NCBI GenBank assembly: GCA_016935755.1
Contig: JAFGQI010000076.1
Location: forward strand, 22,584 to 46,583
Direction: 5' to 3'
From: Anaerolineales bacterium
GTDB lineage: Bacteria; Chloroflexota; Anaerolineae; Anaerolineales; UBA4823
DNA: 24,000 bases
The notes beneath the pieces are model-generated. The model was not told where the DNA came from. It did no database searches and worked only from the letters and a program-made list of their open reading frames with translations. Below, in pieces: positions 6,598 through 15,309 of this stretch (its first letter is position 1; each line of letters begins with the position of its first letter). The position numbers and the translations under genes were made by a program.

Positions 6598-7830
6598 ATG
6601 CCCGAGTTTCTTCAACTGCTGCCTCCAGGCGAAGCGCTGGAAATATTTCTCAGGGGTTTGACCCACCAGGTGGGAGCTGAGCTGGTGGATACAGCCGAGG
6701 CGCTGGGCCGGGTCACAGCGCAGGCGGTCCAAGCGCCGCACAATCTGCCCACCTTCTCTCGCTCAACCGTGGATGGGTATGCCGTCCGCGCGCAGGATAC
6801 CTATGGCGCCAGCGAGTCGCTCCCGGTTTACCTGCCGGTGGTGGGCGAGGTGTTGATGGGGGCAACTCCCCAGTTCAAACTGGCGGCTGCCCAGTGCGCG
6901 CTGATCCACACCGGAGGCATGCTGCCTGAAGGCGCTAACGCAGTGGTGATGCTGGAACAAACCCAGAGCACTCGTCCCGGTGAAATCGAAGTGCTGCGGG
7001 ATATGGCTGTTGGAGAAAATATCATCAAAGTGGGCGAGGATGTCAGGCAGGGAGAGGAAGTGTTCAAAGCTGGCCTGCGCCTCCGCCCGTCCGAGATTGG
7101 CGGGCTGATGGCGTTAGGTCTGACGCGTCTGCTGGCAGCCAGGCGGCCGCGGGTGGGCATCCTGTCCAGCGGCGATGAGGTTGTGCCACCCGATCAGGAC
7201 ATCTCCCTGGGGCAGGTGCGGGATGTCAACTCTTACAGTCTCAGCGCGCTGGTGGAAGCAAGCGGCGGCATCCCGGTGCGCTATGGCATCCTGCCTGACC
7301 ACGAATCGGCCTTACGAGAGGCGGCGGTCAGGGCGCTGGAGCAATGCGATATGGTGCTGATCACCGCTGGTTCATCTGCCAGCGCGCGCGATCTGACTTC
7401 GCAGGTGATTGAGGCATTGGGCCGCCCGGGGGTGCTGGTGCATGGCGTCAATATCCGACCGGGGAAACCAACGATCCTGGCAGTGTGTGAAGGCAAACCG
7501 GTCATTGGGCTGCCGGGCAATCCGGTCAGCGCCCTGGTGATTGCCCGTTTATTTGTCACCCCGGCCATTGAATGGCTGCTGGGAGTGAGGCAGCCCCGCC
7601 CGCAAGCGGTGGTCACGGCTCGTCTCAGCCTGAATATCCCCTCCCAATCCGGCCGCGAAGATTGGACGCCCGTCCGGCTGCTAGGCAATCCAGGCAGCTA
7701 TACCGCCGAGCCGGTTTTCGGTAAGAGCAATATGATTTTTATCCTGGCGAGGGCGGATGGATTGGTTAAAATTCCTGCTGCGGCGACGGGTTTGACCAGC
7801 GGAGATTTGGTGGAGGTGTATTTATTATGA
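6598..7830 (+). CDS. moeA: Molybdopterin molybdenumtransferase MoeA
   Basis: 410 aa carrying STVDGYAVRA, GGMLPEGANAVV, SSGDEVV, VRDVNSYSL, LITAGSSAS, RPGKP and GLPGNPVSA. Confidence 0.9.
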   Translation: MPEFLQLLPPGEALEIFLRGLTHQVGAELVDTAEALGRVTAQAVQAPHNLPTFSRSTVDGYAVRAQDTYGASESLPVYLPVVGEVLMGATPQFKLAAAQCALIHTGGMLPEGANAVVMLEQTQSTRPGEIEVLRDMAVGENIIKVGEDVRQGEEVFKAGLRLRPSEIGGLMALGLTRLLAARRPRVGILSSGDEVVPPDQDISLGQVRDVNSYSLSALVEASGGIPVRYGILPDHESALREAAVRALEQCDMVLITAGSSASARDLTSQVIEALGRPGVLVHGVNIRPGKPTILAVCEGKPVIGLPGNPVSALVIARLFVTPAIEWLLGVRQPRPQAVVTARLSLNIPSQSGREDWTPVRLLGNPGSYTAEPVFGKSNMIFILARADGLVKIPAAATGLTSGDLVEVYLL

Positions 7831-8237
7831 GCCGGGTGACGGATTTACCCCTGGTGATCTTGCCGGATCGTATGGCGATCTGCCGGCTGCCGGTGGACTC
7901 AGGACAACCGGATTGGGCCAAGCCGGGAGATTTACTGGCCATGGTCTGGACGCGCGATGAACTCAGCCTGGTGTGTCAGGAACGCCTGGTGCCTCCAGAG
8001 GTGCGCGCCGAGCGCGGCTGGCGCCTGCTGCAGGTGCAGGGCAGCCTGGATTTTTCCCTCGTGGGCGTTCTGGCTTCGATTGCGGTGCCCCTCGCCAGAG
8101 CCGGGGTGAGTATATTTGCCATATCAACTTTCGATACCGACTATATCCTGGTCAAAGCCGACTCACTGGAGCGGGCGGTGGATGCGCTTACCCAGGCGGG
8201 TTTCCTGGTGCTGAACTATGTCAATCTATCTACATGA
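7827..8237 (+). CDS. ACT-domain protein (ACT_7-like small-molecule-binding domain)
   Basis: 136 aa. The segment LQVQGSLDFSLVGVLASIAVPLARAGVSIFAISTFDTDYILVKADSLERAV is a typical C-terminal ACT fold signature. ATGA start/stop overlap with moeA. Confidence 0.75.
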   Translation: MSRVTDLPLVILPDRMAICRLPVDSGQPDWAKPGDLLAMVWTRDELSLVCQERLVPPEVRAERGWRLLQVQGSLDFSLVGVLASIAVPLARAGVSIFAISTFDTDYILVKADSLERAVDALTQAGFLVLNYVNLST

Positions 8238-10230
8238 TATCCCTCTGCAAGATGCGCAAACCAGGCTGAAAGCTGCTCTCCAGCAGGTTGGACGCTGGGG
8301 GCTGCTTGGCAGTGAGCAGATTCCTCTGGATGAACAGGCGGTAGGGCGCGTGCTGGCGGAGCCAGTCTGGGCAAAAATCTCCTCGCCGCATTATCACGCC
8401 TCGGCCATGGATGGTTTTGCGCTGCGTTCCCGCCTGACCGATGACGCAATGCCCAACGAACCGGTCACGCTGGTTTGTCAGCCAGATTCAGCCATCTATG
8501 TGGATACTGGTGATCCCTTGCCCGCATGGGCGGATGCGGTCATCCAGATCGAGCAGGTAGAATCATTGGATCAGACCGGCCAGCCGGCCGAAAATCTTCG
8601 CCGCCCGTATGCCATCCGCCTGCGCGCTGCAGTGACCCCCTGGCGCAACGTCCGCCCAATGGGTGAGGATATGGTGGCTACGCAGCTGGTGCTGCCAGCC
8701 GGGCACACATTGCGTCCAGTCGACCTGGGGGCAATCGCTGCCTGTGGGCATCAGATGGCGCAGGTGGCGCTGCGACCGCGTATCGCCATCCTGCCGACCG
8801 GCACAGAACTGGTGGCGGTTGGACAGCCTGTCCAGGCGGGGGATATTATCGAATACAACTCGATCGTGCTGGCGGCGCAGGTGAACCAGTGGGGAGGTCA
8901 GGCCACGCGCTATGCGATTATCCCGGATGACTATGAGATGATTTGCCGGCGCGTGGCGGAAGCAGCCTTGAGCCACGACCTGGTGCTGCTCAATGCTGGC
9001 TCATCGGCGGGTTCGGAAGATTTCTCTGCCAGGGTGGTGGAAAATCTGGGTGAACTGCTGGTGCATGGCGTAGCCGTGCGCCCGGGGCATCCTGTCATCC
9101 TGGGAATGCTGGAGATAGAACGCATTTATCATGCTTTCCCAGAACTGAGGCCGGGATCAGCCACGCCGTGCAGCAGCATTCCAATCATCGGTGTGCCAGG
9201 GTATCCGGTGTCGGCGGCGCTGACAGGCGAAATCTTTGTCGAACCCTTGCTTTCTGTCTGGTTGGGGCGCCCGGCGTATAAACCTGCTCAGGTAAATGCG
9301 ACCCTGACTCGTAAAGTCACCTCCCCAGCAGGAGATGACGATTACTTGCGGGTAGCCGTCGGTCGGGTAGGGGAAAAACTCCTGGCCGCGCCCCTTTCGC
9401 GCGGATCCGGGGTAATCACCTCGCTGGTGCGCGCCGATGGCATCGTCATCATCCCACATGGATCGCAGGGCTTACCAGCCGGGGCGGAGGTGCCGGTGCG
9501 CCTGTACCGCTCACCCGCTGACCTGGAAAATACGATCGTTGCGATCGGATCACATGATATGTGCCTGGATCTGCTGGCGCAATTCCTGGCAGGCCGCGGC
9601 CGCCGTCTGGCTTCTGCCAATGTCGGCAGTCAGGGAGGGCTGGTGGCTTTGCAGCGCGGCGAGGCGCACCTGGCCGGCTCACATCTGCTGGATCCTGAGA
9701 CGGGCGAGTACAACCTGTCCTACATCCGCCAGTATCTGCGCGGGCGCGCGGTGAAGGTAGTCGGGTTCGTTGAACGCCAGCAGGGCTTGTTGGTAAAACG
9801 CGGCAACCCGCGTGGCATCCATTCCTGGCAGGATCTGGCTCGCCCGGAGCTTACATTCGTGAACCGACAGCGCGGGGCAGGCACGCGTGTGCTGTTGGAT
9901 TATCATTTATGTCAGTTAGGGATTGCGCCAGAAGCAATTCGAGGCTACAATCAGGAGGAATTTACACACCTGGCTGTGGCTGCTGCTGTTGCTTCTAACC
10001 GGGCAGATTGCGGCCTTGGGATTGCCGCTGCTGCACAGGCATTGGACCTGGACTTCTTGCCTCTGTTCCAGGAACATTATGAGCTGGTGATTCCTGCAGA
10101 GTTCTACCATGACCGCTTGCTGGAACCGCTGCTGGAAACCCTGGGAGAAGCTGCTTTTCGCCGGGCAGTTGTGGGACTTCCTGGCTACGATGTGGAGCGG
10201 ATGGGTGATTTGATTGCTGAGGTAAGCTAG
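8218..10230 (+). CDS. MoeA paralogue fused to a C-terminal periplasmic-binding-protein-like (PBP_like, ModA/LysR-substrate-type) domain
   Basis: 670 aa. The N-terminal roughly 440 aa carry MoeA blocks (ASAMDGFALRS, LPTGTELV, EYNSIVLA, LLNAGSSAGSED, RPGHP, GVPGYPVSA). The C-terminal roughly 220 aa (IGSHDMCLDLL...GGLVALQRGEAHLAGSHLLDPETGEYN...VNRQRGAGTRVLLD) look like the PBP-like domain seen on some MoeA proteins. The ATG overlaps the ACT gene by 20 nt. Confidence 0.85.
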   Translation: MSIYLHDIPLQDAQTRLKAALQQVGRWGLLGSEQIPLDEQAVGRVLAEPVWAKISSPHYHASAMDGFALRSRLTDDAMPNEPVTLVCQPDSAIYVDTGDPLPAWADAVIQIEQVESLDQTGQPAENLRRPYAIRLRAAVTPWRNVRPMGEDMVATQLVLPAGHTLRPVDLGAIAACGHQMAQVALRPRIAILPTGTELVAVGQPVQAGDIIEYNSIVLAAQVNQWGGQATRYAIIPDDYEMICRRVAEAALSHDLVLLNAGSSAGSEDFSARVVENLGELLVHGVAVRPGHPVILGMLEIERIYHAFPELRPGSATPCSSIPIIGVPGYPVSAALTGEIFVEPLLSVWLGRPAYKPAQVNATLTRKVTSPAGDDDYLRVAVGRVGEKLLAAPLSRGSGVITSLVRADGIVIIPHGSQGLPAGAEVPVRLYRSPADLENTIVAIGSHDMCLDLLAQFLAGRGRRLASANVGSQGGLVALQRGEAHLAGSHLLDPETGEYNLSYIRQYLRGRAVKVVGFVERQQGLLVKRGNPRGIHSWQDLARPELTFVNRQRGAGTRVLLDYHLCQLGIAPEAIRGYNQEEFTHLAVAAAVASNRADCGLGIAAAAQALDLDFLPLFQEHYELVIPAEFYHDRLLEPLLETLGEAAFRRAVVGLPGYDVERMGDLIAEVS

Positions 10231-10233
10231 AAT

Positions 10234-10599
10234 ATGAAAAATGCTCTTGTCATCGACGATAACCGCGACACCGCTGATACGCTGTGTAGAATGTTGGATC
10301 TATTGGATATCAAGGCCGTGGCCGCTTATGGGCCTCGATCTGCCATGGTGATCCTCAAGGAAACACCCCCAGACATCATTTTCCTGGATATCAATATGCC
10401 AGGTGTGGACGGTTTCGAAGTGATGGCTTACCTGCGCCGTATTCCTGATATGAATAATGTCCCGGTTGTTTTTGTCACTTCGGATGATCAGCCGGAGACC
10501 GCCTCCAAGGCTCGCAAAACGGGCGGCTTACTCTTGATTATCAAACCCGTATCGTTTGACGGCTTAGAGTCAGCCTTGCGGAAAGCAGGACTGATTTAG
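10234..10599 (+). CDS. Stand-alone response-regulator receiver (CheY-like)
   Basis: 121 aa carrying ALVIDDNRD, DIIFLDINMPGVDGFEV, VVFVTSDD and LIIKP. The start is 3 nt after the MoeA-PBP stop. Confidence 0.9.
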   Translation: MKNALVIDDNRDTADTLCRMLDLLDIKAVAAYGPRSAMVILKETPPDIIFLDINMPGVDGFEVMAYLRRIPDMNNVPVVFVTSDDQPETASKARKTGGLLLIIKPVSFDGLESALRKAGLI

Positions 10600-10638
10600 C
10601 CATCCCGATTTATCTCTTAGAAGCAAAGAGGAAACCCT

Positions 10639-11097
10639 ATGCCTATCCAAACCGGAATTCAGGCTCCTGATTTTACGTTAAAAGACGAGACAAACATCGC
10701 CCGCAGCTTATCGGATTATCACGGCGCACCTGTGGTGCTGTATTTTTATCCAAAAGACGACACCCCCGGCTGCACCACAGAAGCCTGTAGCTTCCGCGAT
10801 GATTACAGCGCCTACCAACAGGCTGGAGTGGTGATTTTGGGCATCAGCCCGGATTCGCCCAAGAGCCATGCCAGGTTTAAGGCGAAATTTCACCTGCCTT
10901 TTACCTTATTGGCCGATGAAGATCACCAGGTATGCGATCTGTACGATGTTTGGGGTTTGAAGAAGTATATGGGCCGTGAGTATAACGGCGTCTTTCGAAC
11001 GACATTCCTGATCGACTCCCGGGGAAAGATCATCCGCGTGTTTGAAAATGTCAAACCTGCCGATCACAGCGCAGAAGTATTGGCTGCTTTAGCCTGA
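10639..11097 (+). CDS. bcp: Thiol peroxidase / peroxiredoxin Bcp
   Basis: 152 aa. VVLYFYPKDDTPGCTTEACSFRD contains the peroxidatic and resolving Cys in the CxxxxC arrangement typical of Bcp. AGAGGA SD. Confidence 0.9.
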   Translation: MPIQTGIQAPDFTLKDETNIARSLSDYHGAPVVLYFYPKDDTPGCTTEACSFRDDYSAYQQAGVVILGISPDSPKSHARFKAKFHLPFTLLADEDHQVCDLYDVWGLKKYMGREYNGVFRTTFLIDSRGKIIRVFENVKPADHSAEVLAALA

Positions 11098-11168
11098 TTC
11101 AGAACGGCGGCGCGGCGAGAAGGCTGTTTCGGAAATGGGTAGGGAAATACCTTGAGGAGGTCAAAAGG

Positions 11169-11609
11169 ATGAAGAATCGGTTGAGTTTTTTATTGGTCAT
11201 GGTTGTACTGGGCCTCCTGCTGTTGGCGGCCTGCGGTGGAAGCAGCCAAGAAGCCGCGAGCGGCGCTTCCAGCCGCCCTGAGCCTCCAGCTGCTTACGCC
11301 GGGATATCCAACCCCAAAGCGAACGATTCTGCCGCAGTAACGGCAGGAGAAGCCCTATATCGTGCCAACTGTGCTTCCTGCCACGGCGATACAGGCAAGG
11401 GGGATGGCCCTGCCGCCGTCGCGCTGGATCCCAGCCCGCAGCCGCTGGCGACGACAGTGATAAGCGAGAGCGACGCGTACCTATACTGGCGCATCGCCGA
11501 AGGCGGGGCGATGGCTCCCTTCAGCTCAGCCATGCCCGCCTGGAAGGCTATCCTTTCAGAGGATCAAATCTGGCAGATTGTCGCCTTCCTGCGCACCCTG
11601 GGCGGTTAG
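11169..11609 (+). CDS. Class I c-type cytochrome, lipoprotein
   Basis: 146 aa. Signal peptide with lipobox LLLAAC. Single heme motif CASCHG. Distal Met context SSAMPAW. GAGGAGG SD. Confidence 0.85.
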   Translation: MKNRLSFLLVMVVLGLLLLAACGGSSQEAASGASSRPEPPAAYAGISNPKANDSAAVTAGEALYRANCASCHGDTGKGDGPAAVALDPSPQPLATTVISESDAYLYWRIAEGGAMAPFSSAMPAWKAILSEDQIWQIVAFLRTLGG

Positions 11610-11629
11610 AACCCACCTGCAGCTTTCAG

Positions 11630-11677
11630 CCAGGTGTTTTGAGCGGCGCAGCCGCCCAAGACACCTGGTTTAATTTT
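11630..11677 (+). terminator. Candidate intrinsic terminator after the cytochrome c gene
   Basis: CCAGGTGT (11630-11637) pairs with ACACCTGG (11661-11668). An inner GCGGC/GCCGC helix (11643-11655) lies between them. TTTAATTTT follows. Confidence 0.5.
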
Positions 11678-11772
11678 ACGCAAATATACAGGTTGGGAAC
11701 AATTTAGAGTACAATCTAGGTTGTGAAGACAGGCTGCGTGATTGTACAAAAATATCTGTTCATGGGCGATCG

Positions 11773-11797
11773 CGCCTCCGCATGGCTGCGGGAGGCG
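11773..11797 (+). promoter_or_regulatory. Stem-loop pairing an anti-SD (CCUCC) with the GGGAGG SD of the LuxR-type gene
   Basis: CGCCTCCGCA (11773-11782) pairs with TGC-G-GGAGGCG (11787-11797): 10 bp, one bulged G, UGGC tetraloop. ATG 11782 sits at the loop edge. The in-frame GTG at 11803 lies 7 nt after the SD. Confidence 0.4.
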
Positions 11798-12057
11798 GCG
11801 GGGTGAGCCCGGTGCGCCTGACTGTGGCGGATGATCCCGCCCTGTTTCGGGCGGGGTTGAGCCGCCGTGAGATGGAGGTGCTGGTCTGCCTTACGCAAGA
11901 GAAGACGGCCATCCAGATCGCCGACCAGCTGTATATCTCTGAGAATACCGTCAAAAGCCATATCCACCATATTTTCAAGAAGCTGGAGGCTGCCAACCGC
12001 GCCGAGGCAGTCAGCAAAGCCGTGCAGCTGGGTCTGGTCGAATCCAAACCCAGCTGA
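11782..12057 (+). CDS. Small stand-alone LuxR/GerE-family HTH protein
   Basis: LSRREMEVLVCLTQEKTAIQIADQLYISENTVKSHIHHIFKKLEAANRAEAV is a complete GerE HTH, with no receiver or ligand domain. The start is uncertain: ATG 11782 has no SD, while the in-frame GTG 11803 has GGGAGG 7 nt upstream. Confidence 0.8.
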   Translation: MAAGGGGVSPVRLTVADDPALFRAGLSRREMEVLVCLTQEKTAIQIADQLYISENTVKSHIHHIFKKLEAANRAEAVSKAVQLGLVESKPS

Positions 12058-12074
12058 GGATCAATCGCTGTCTA

Positions 12075-13442
12075 TCAGGGATTTACAGCCCCAAACTCTT
12101 GTAGCAGCCGGGTCATGTGCTGGGCGTGTTTGAGATACAGGTCCAGGCGCAAGTTTTCGTTGGGAGCGTGAGCCAGGGTGCCAGGATAACCGGCTCCAGC
12201 CGTGACCACCGGCAGTTTCAGGTTGTGAATGAAGGGATAACTCGGCCCGGAGCCGCCGACCATTGGTACGAGCTGCATTGGCTGCCCGTAGATGGGGGCG
12301 GCAGTGCGAACGGTCAAGGCTACAAACGGGTCATCTGGATCGGTGCGGGCGGGAGCTTCGCCCCCCAGATAGGTGATCTGGATATCCGAGAAGCCCTCCT
12401 GATCGAGATGCTGGCGCAGCTGTTTCAGCACCTGCTCTGGGGTCTGGTCAGGGACAAGGCGAAAATCCACCTTGGCCGATGCGCGTGCGGGCAGGACGGT
12501 TTTTGACCCCGGCCCTTGATATCCAGACGTCAGACCGCAGATCGTACAGGTGGGTTCAAAGACTTCCGCCAGGTTCAATTCCACGCCGCCAGTCAGCCCC
12601 TTAAGAAAATGGGACAGGCCGTAGCGGGTTTTGTATTCATCTGCCACTTCGGGCAGCGCTTTCATTAACTCGATATCACGTGCGCTGGGCGGCCTGACCG
12701 AATCATAAAACCCAGGCAGGCGGATATGCTCGTCAGTCCCTTTCAGGCTGTTCAGAGCCCAAACCAGGCGCCAGGCTGCGTTGGGGAAGATTGAACCGCC
12801 CAGACCAGAATGGGCATCGGTCGAAGCGGTTTCTACGCTCAATTCGACATAACAGATGCCGCGCATGCCAAGATATTGCATCGGCACCTCGCGATGGTCA
12901 ACGCCGCCGAATTCCCATAAGCATGCCTCCGCCGCCAGCAGCTCCTGATTTTGCACGACGAAATCGAACAGGTTCTCACTGCTGGTCTCTTCTTCCCCCT
13001 CAATGATGAACTTGATCCGGCAGGGCAGCTCACCATAGACCTGCAGCAGGGCGTCGATGGCGAACAGCCGGGCGACAAACTGGCCCTTATCGTCGCTTAC
13101 CCCACGTCCGTACAATTTCCCATCTCTGATGGCTGGTTCAAACGGTGGGCTGTCCCATAGTTCCAGCGGCTCGGGGGGCTGTACATCATAATGGTTGTAA
13201 ATCAGCAGCGTATTTTGGCTGCGCCCTGCTCGCTCAGCGAATACTACCGGGGCTCCGGGGGTGGGCATAATCCGCACCTCGAAATTGCGCTGGCGCAGCA
13301 TGTCGGCTACCAGTTCGCCGCATTCCTTCAGCCCCCAGTTTTGCGCCCCAACACTGGGCTGGGCCACCAGCCGGGAGAGTTCGGCGATGCTTTGATCTAA
13401 ATTTTCTTCCAGGTACTGATCGATTTTTGAGAAGTCAGTCAT
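12075..13442 (-). CDS. M20-family metallopeptidase / dipeptidase (ArgE/DapE/CPG2 family)
   Basis: 455 aa carrying LLIYNHYDVQPP, WDSPPFEP and DGKLYGRGVSDDKG (metal and catalytic motifs), plus IIEGEEE. GGAGG SD. Confidence 0.88.
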   Translation of the reverse strand: MTDFSKIDQYLEENLDQSIAELSRLVAQPSVGAQNWGLKECGELVADMLRQRNFEVRIMPTPGAPVVFAERAGRSQNTLLIYNHYDVQPPEPLELWDSPPFEPAIRDGKLYGRGVSDDKGQFVARLFAIDALLQVYGELPCRIKFIIEGEEETSSENLFDFVVQNQELLAAEACLWEFGGVDHREVPMQYLGMRGICYVELSVETASTDAHSGLGGSIFPNAAWRLVWALNSLKGTDEHIRLPGFYDSVRPPSARDIELMKALPEVADEYKTRYGLSHFLKGLTGGVELNLAEVFEPTCTICGLTSGYQGPGSKTVLPARASAKVDFRLVPDQTPEQVLKQLRQHLDQEGFSDIQITYLGGEAPARTDPDDPFVALTVRTAAPIYGQPMQLVPMVGGSGPSYPFIHNLKLPVVTAGAGYPGTLAHAPNENLRLDLYLKHAQHMTRLLQEFGAVNP

Positions 13443-13475
13443 GGCGCCTCCAGGTCATGCATAGATTATTTTGAG

Positions 13476-14027
13476 CTACCACTTGAACAGAGCTGGTAGG
13501 GAAAGACTGCCCAGATAGGCGAAGATGAGCATATTCAGAAATTTACCCGCGGCGGCGAATAGCAGAAAACGCCAGATGGGGATGCGCAGCACCCCCGCGG
13601 CAATCCCGGCCATGTCAAAAACCGGGTTGGGGATGCAGGCCAGGGCGAAGATAGCCAGGTCGCTGAAACGCCGGTTTTTTTCTAACCAGTTGCGCAGCCG
13701 TTCGTAGCGTTCCATGTTCTCTACCACAGCCTGTCCGCTGAATCCAGCCAGATAGCCGGATAGCTCTCCTACCGCCGCTCCCACACCGGCAGCTAACGCC
13801 ACCAAGATAGGGTTCAGCACCCCGCCCATTGCAAAAACGACCAGGTTGCCGGGCAGAGGCAGCAGCACGGTGGCATTGACCAACACGGAAAAGATGAAAA
13901 TGCCGGGATAGCCATAGGCAGCCAGCTCCTGCGCCCGATCGCGATATACCAGGATGAGGATTGTGATCCCCAGCACCAGAATCAGGGCCAGGATTCGCAG
14001 CAGAGTCAGGCGCGTTTTTGGCTGCAT
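13476..14027 (-). CDS. DedA/VTT-domain (YqaA-like) membrane protein
   Basis: 183 aa, polytopic. GYPGIFIFSVLVNATVLLPLPGNLVVFAMGG and ELSGYLAG match VTT/SNARE-associated-domain proteins. Confidence 0.75.
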   Translation of the reverse strand: MQPKTRLTLLRILALILVLGITILILVYRDRAQELAAYGYPGIFIFSVLVNATVLLPLPGNLVVFAMGGVLNPILVALAAGVGAAVGELSGYLAGFSGQAVVENMERYERLRNWLEKNRRFSDLAIFALACIPNPVFDMAGIAAGVLRIPIWRFLLFAAAGKFLNMLIFAYLGSLSLPALFKW

Positions 14028-14068
14028 GAAGGTCAGATTCGATAACGACAGGCGTATTTTAGGGCAGC

Positions 14069-14617
14069 TTATTCTTCCAGGATCGTGATGGATTTGAGCT
14101 GGACAGCCGGAGCCTCCCGGCGCATGGGGTCGCGCGGTGGGATCGAAAGCAGCACATCCAAACCCTTGACCACCTGTCCAAACACACTGTGTTTGTTATC
14201 CAGCCAGGGCGTGGGGACATGGGTGATGAAGAACTGCGAACCGTTCGTGTTCGGGCCTGCATTTGCCATCGAGAGAACGCCCGGTTTGTCGTGCCGCAGT
14301 TGGGGATGGAACTCGTCGGCAAAGGAATAGCCCGGTCCACCGCGGCCAGTGCCAGTCGGATCGCCAGCCTGGGCCATGAAGTCGGCAATCACGCGGTGGA
14401 AGATGGTGCTGTCATAAAAACCCTGGCGGGCGAGAAAGACAAAGTTATTGACCGTGTTTGGCACTTTATTTGAGTAAAGTTGGATCGAAATATCCCCTTT
14501 ATCGGTGTGCAGCACGGCGGTGTAGGTTTTCTGTGGGTCGATCGCCATTTTCGGAGGGGTAGACCATTGTTGAGCAGGCATGATAAGGTATCCTTTCGGT
14601 GATTTCGGATCGATCAT
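14069..14617 (-). CDS. ppiB: Cyclophilin-type peptidyl-prolyl cis-trans isomerase
   Basis: Carries [31 protein letters not shown] and [38 protein letters not shown]. The start is ambiguous: the in-frame ATG at 14581 (MPAQQW...) has an AAGGA SD about 9 nt upstream, whereas 14617 has none. Confidence 0.88.
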   Translation of the reverse strand: MIDPKSPKGYLIMPAQQWSTPPKMAIDPQKTYTAVLHTDKGDISIQLYSNKVPNTVNNFVFLARQGFYDSTIFHRVIADFMAQAGDPTGTGRGGPGYSFADEFHPQLRHDKPGVLSMANAGPNTNGSQFFITHVPTPWLDNKHSVFGQVVKGLDVLLSIPPRDPMRREAPAVQLKSITILEE

Positions 14618-14649
14618 TCAGGGTGGCTGGAGATCGTCCGTGAGTGAAA

Positions 14650-15303
14650 TTATGCTGATGGAGCCTGGGGGATTTCCCCGCGCAGAAGGGCTTCCAGGCG
14701 AGCGACCACCATCTCCATGGCGACCGCGTTCAGCCCTCCTTCAGGAATAATCACATCTGCGTATCGTTTGGATGGTTCGACGAACTCCAGATGCATGGGG
14801 CGCACGGTCGCCAGGTACTGGTGCACAACGTGTTCGGTGGTGCGGCCGCGCTCGTTGATATCTCGGTCTAAACGGCGGATGAAGCGAATATCGCTGTCGG
14901 TGTCCACAAAAACTTTCACATCCAGCAGCTTTCGCAGCGCCGCATCGGCGAAGATCAAGATGCCTTCCACCATGATGACCGGCTGAGGATCGATCCGGCA
15001 GGTCTGGCTGGTGCGGGTATGCGCCTTGAAATCATAAATCGGCAAATCCACGGGCTGGTTGTTTTTCAGCTGGTTAATATGAGCGATGAGCAAATCTGTG
15101 TCCAATGAATTGGGATGGTCGAAGTTTATCGCCAGGCGTTCATTGGGGGGTAAGTCGCTCAAATCTTTATAGTAGGCGTCGTGGGGCAGGTAGGCGATGC
15201 GATCGGCGCCAATCTTTTCCAGAATCAGGTTCGCCAGGGTGGTTTTCCCCGAGCCTGATCCTCCGGCGATGCCGATGACAACAGGGGTTGCATGAATAGG
15301 CAT
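14650..15303 (-). CDS. udk: Uridine kinase
   Basis: Carries VVIGIAGGSGSGKTTLA (P-loop), NFDHPNSLD, YDFKAHTR, VEGILIF and VFVDTDSDIRFIRRLDRDINERGRT. I trimmed the track ORF (which ends at 15405) to ATG 15303, because the longer version runs into the tRNA gene and adds a non-homologous N-terminus. Confidence 0.9.
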   Translation of the reverse strand: MPIHATPVVIGIAGGSGSGKTTLANLILEKIGADRIAYLPHDAYYKDLSDLPPNERLAINFDHPNSLDTDLLIAHINQLKNNQPVDLPIYDFKAHTRTSQTCRIDPQPVIMVEGILIFADAALRKLLDVKVFVDTDSDIRFIRRLDRDINERGRTTEHVVHQYLATVRPMHLEFVEPSKRYADVIIPEGGLNAVAMEMVVARLEALLRGEIPQAPSA

Positions 15304-15309
15304 AATCGA

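Noticed and set aside
10614-10630. Small hairpin CTCTT/AAGAG overlapping the bcp SD
   Set aside because: The stem is only 5 bp and AT-rich. It is not distinguishable from chance.
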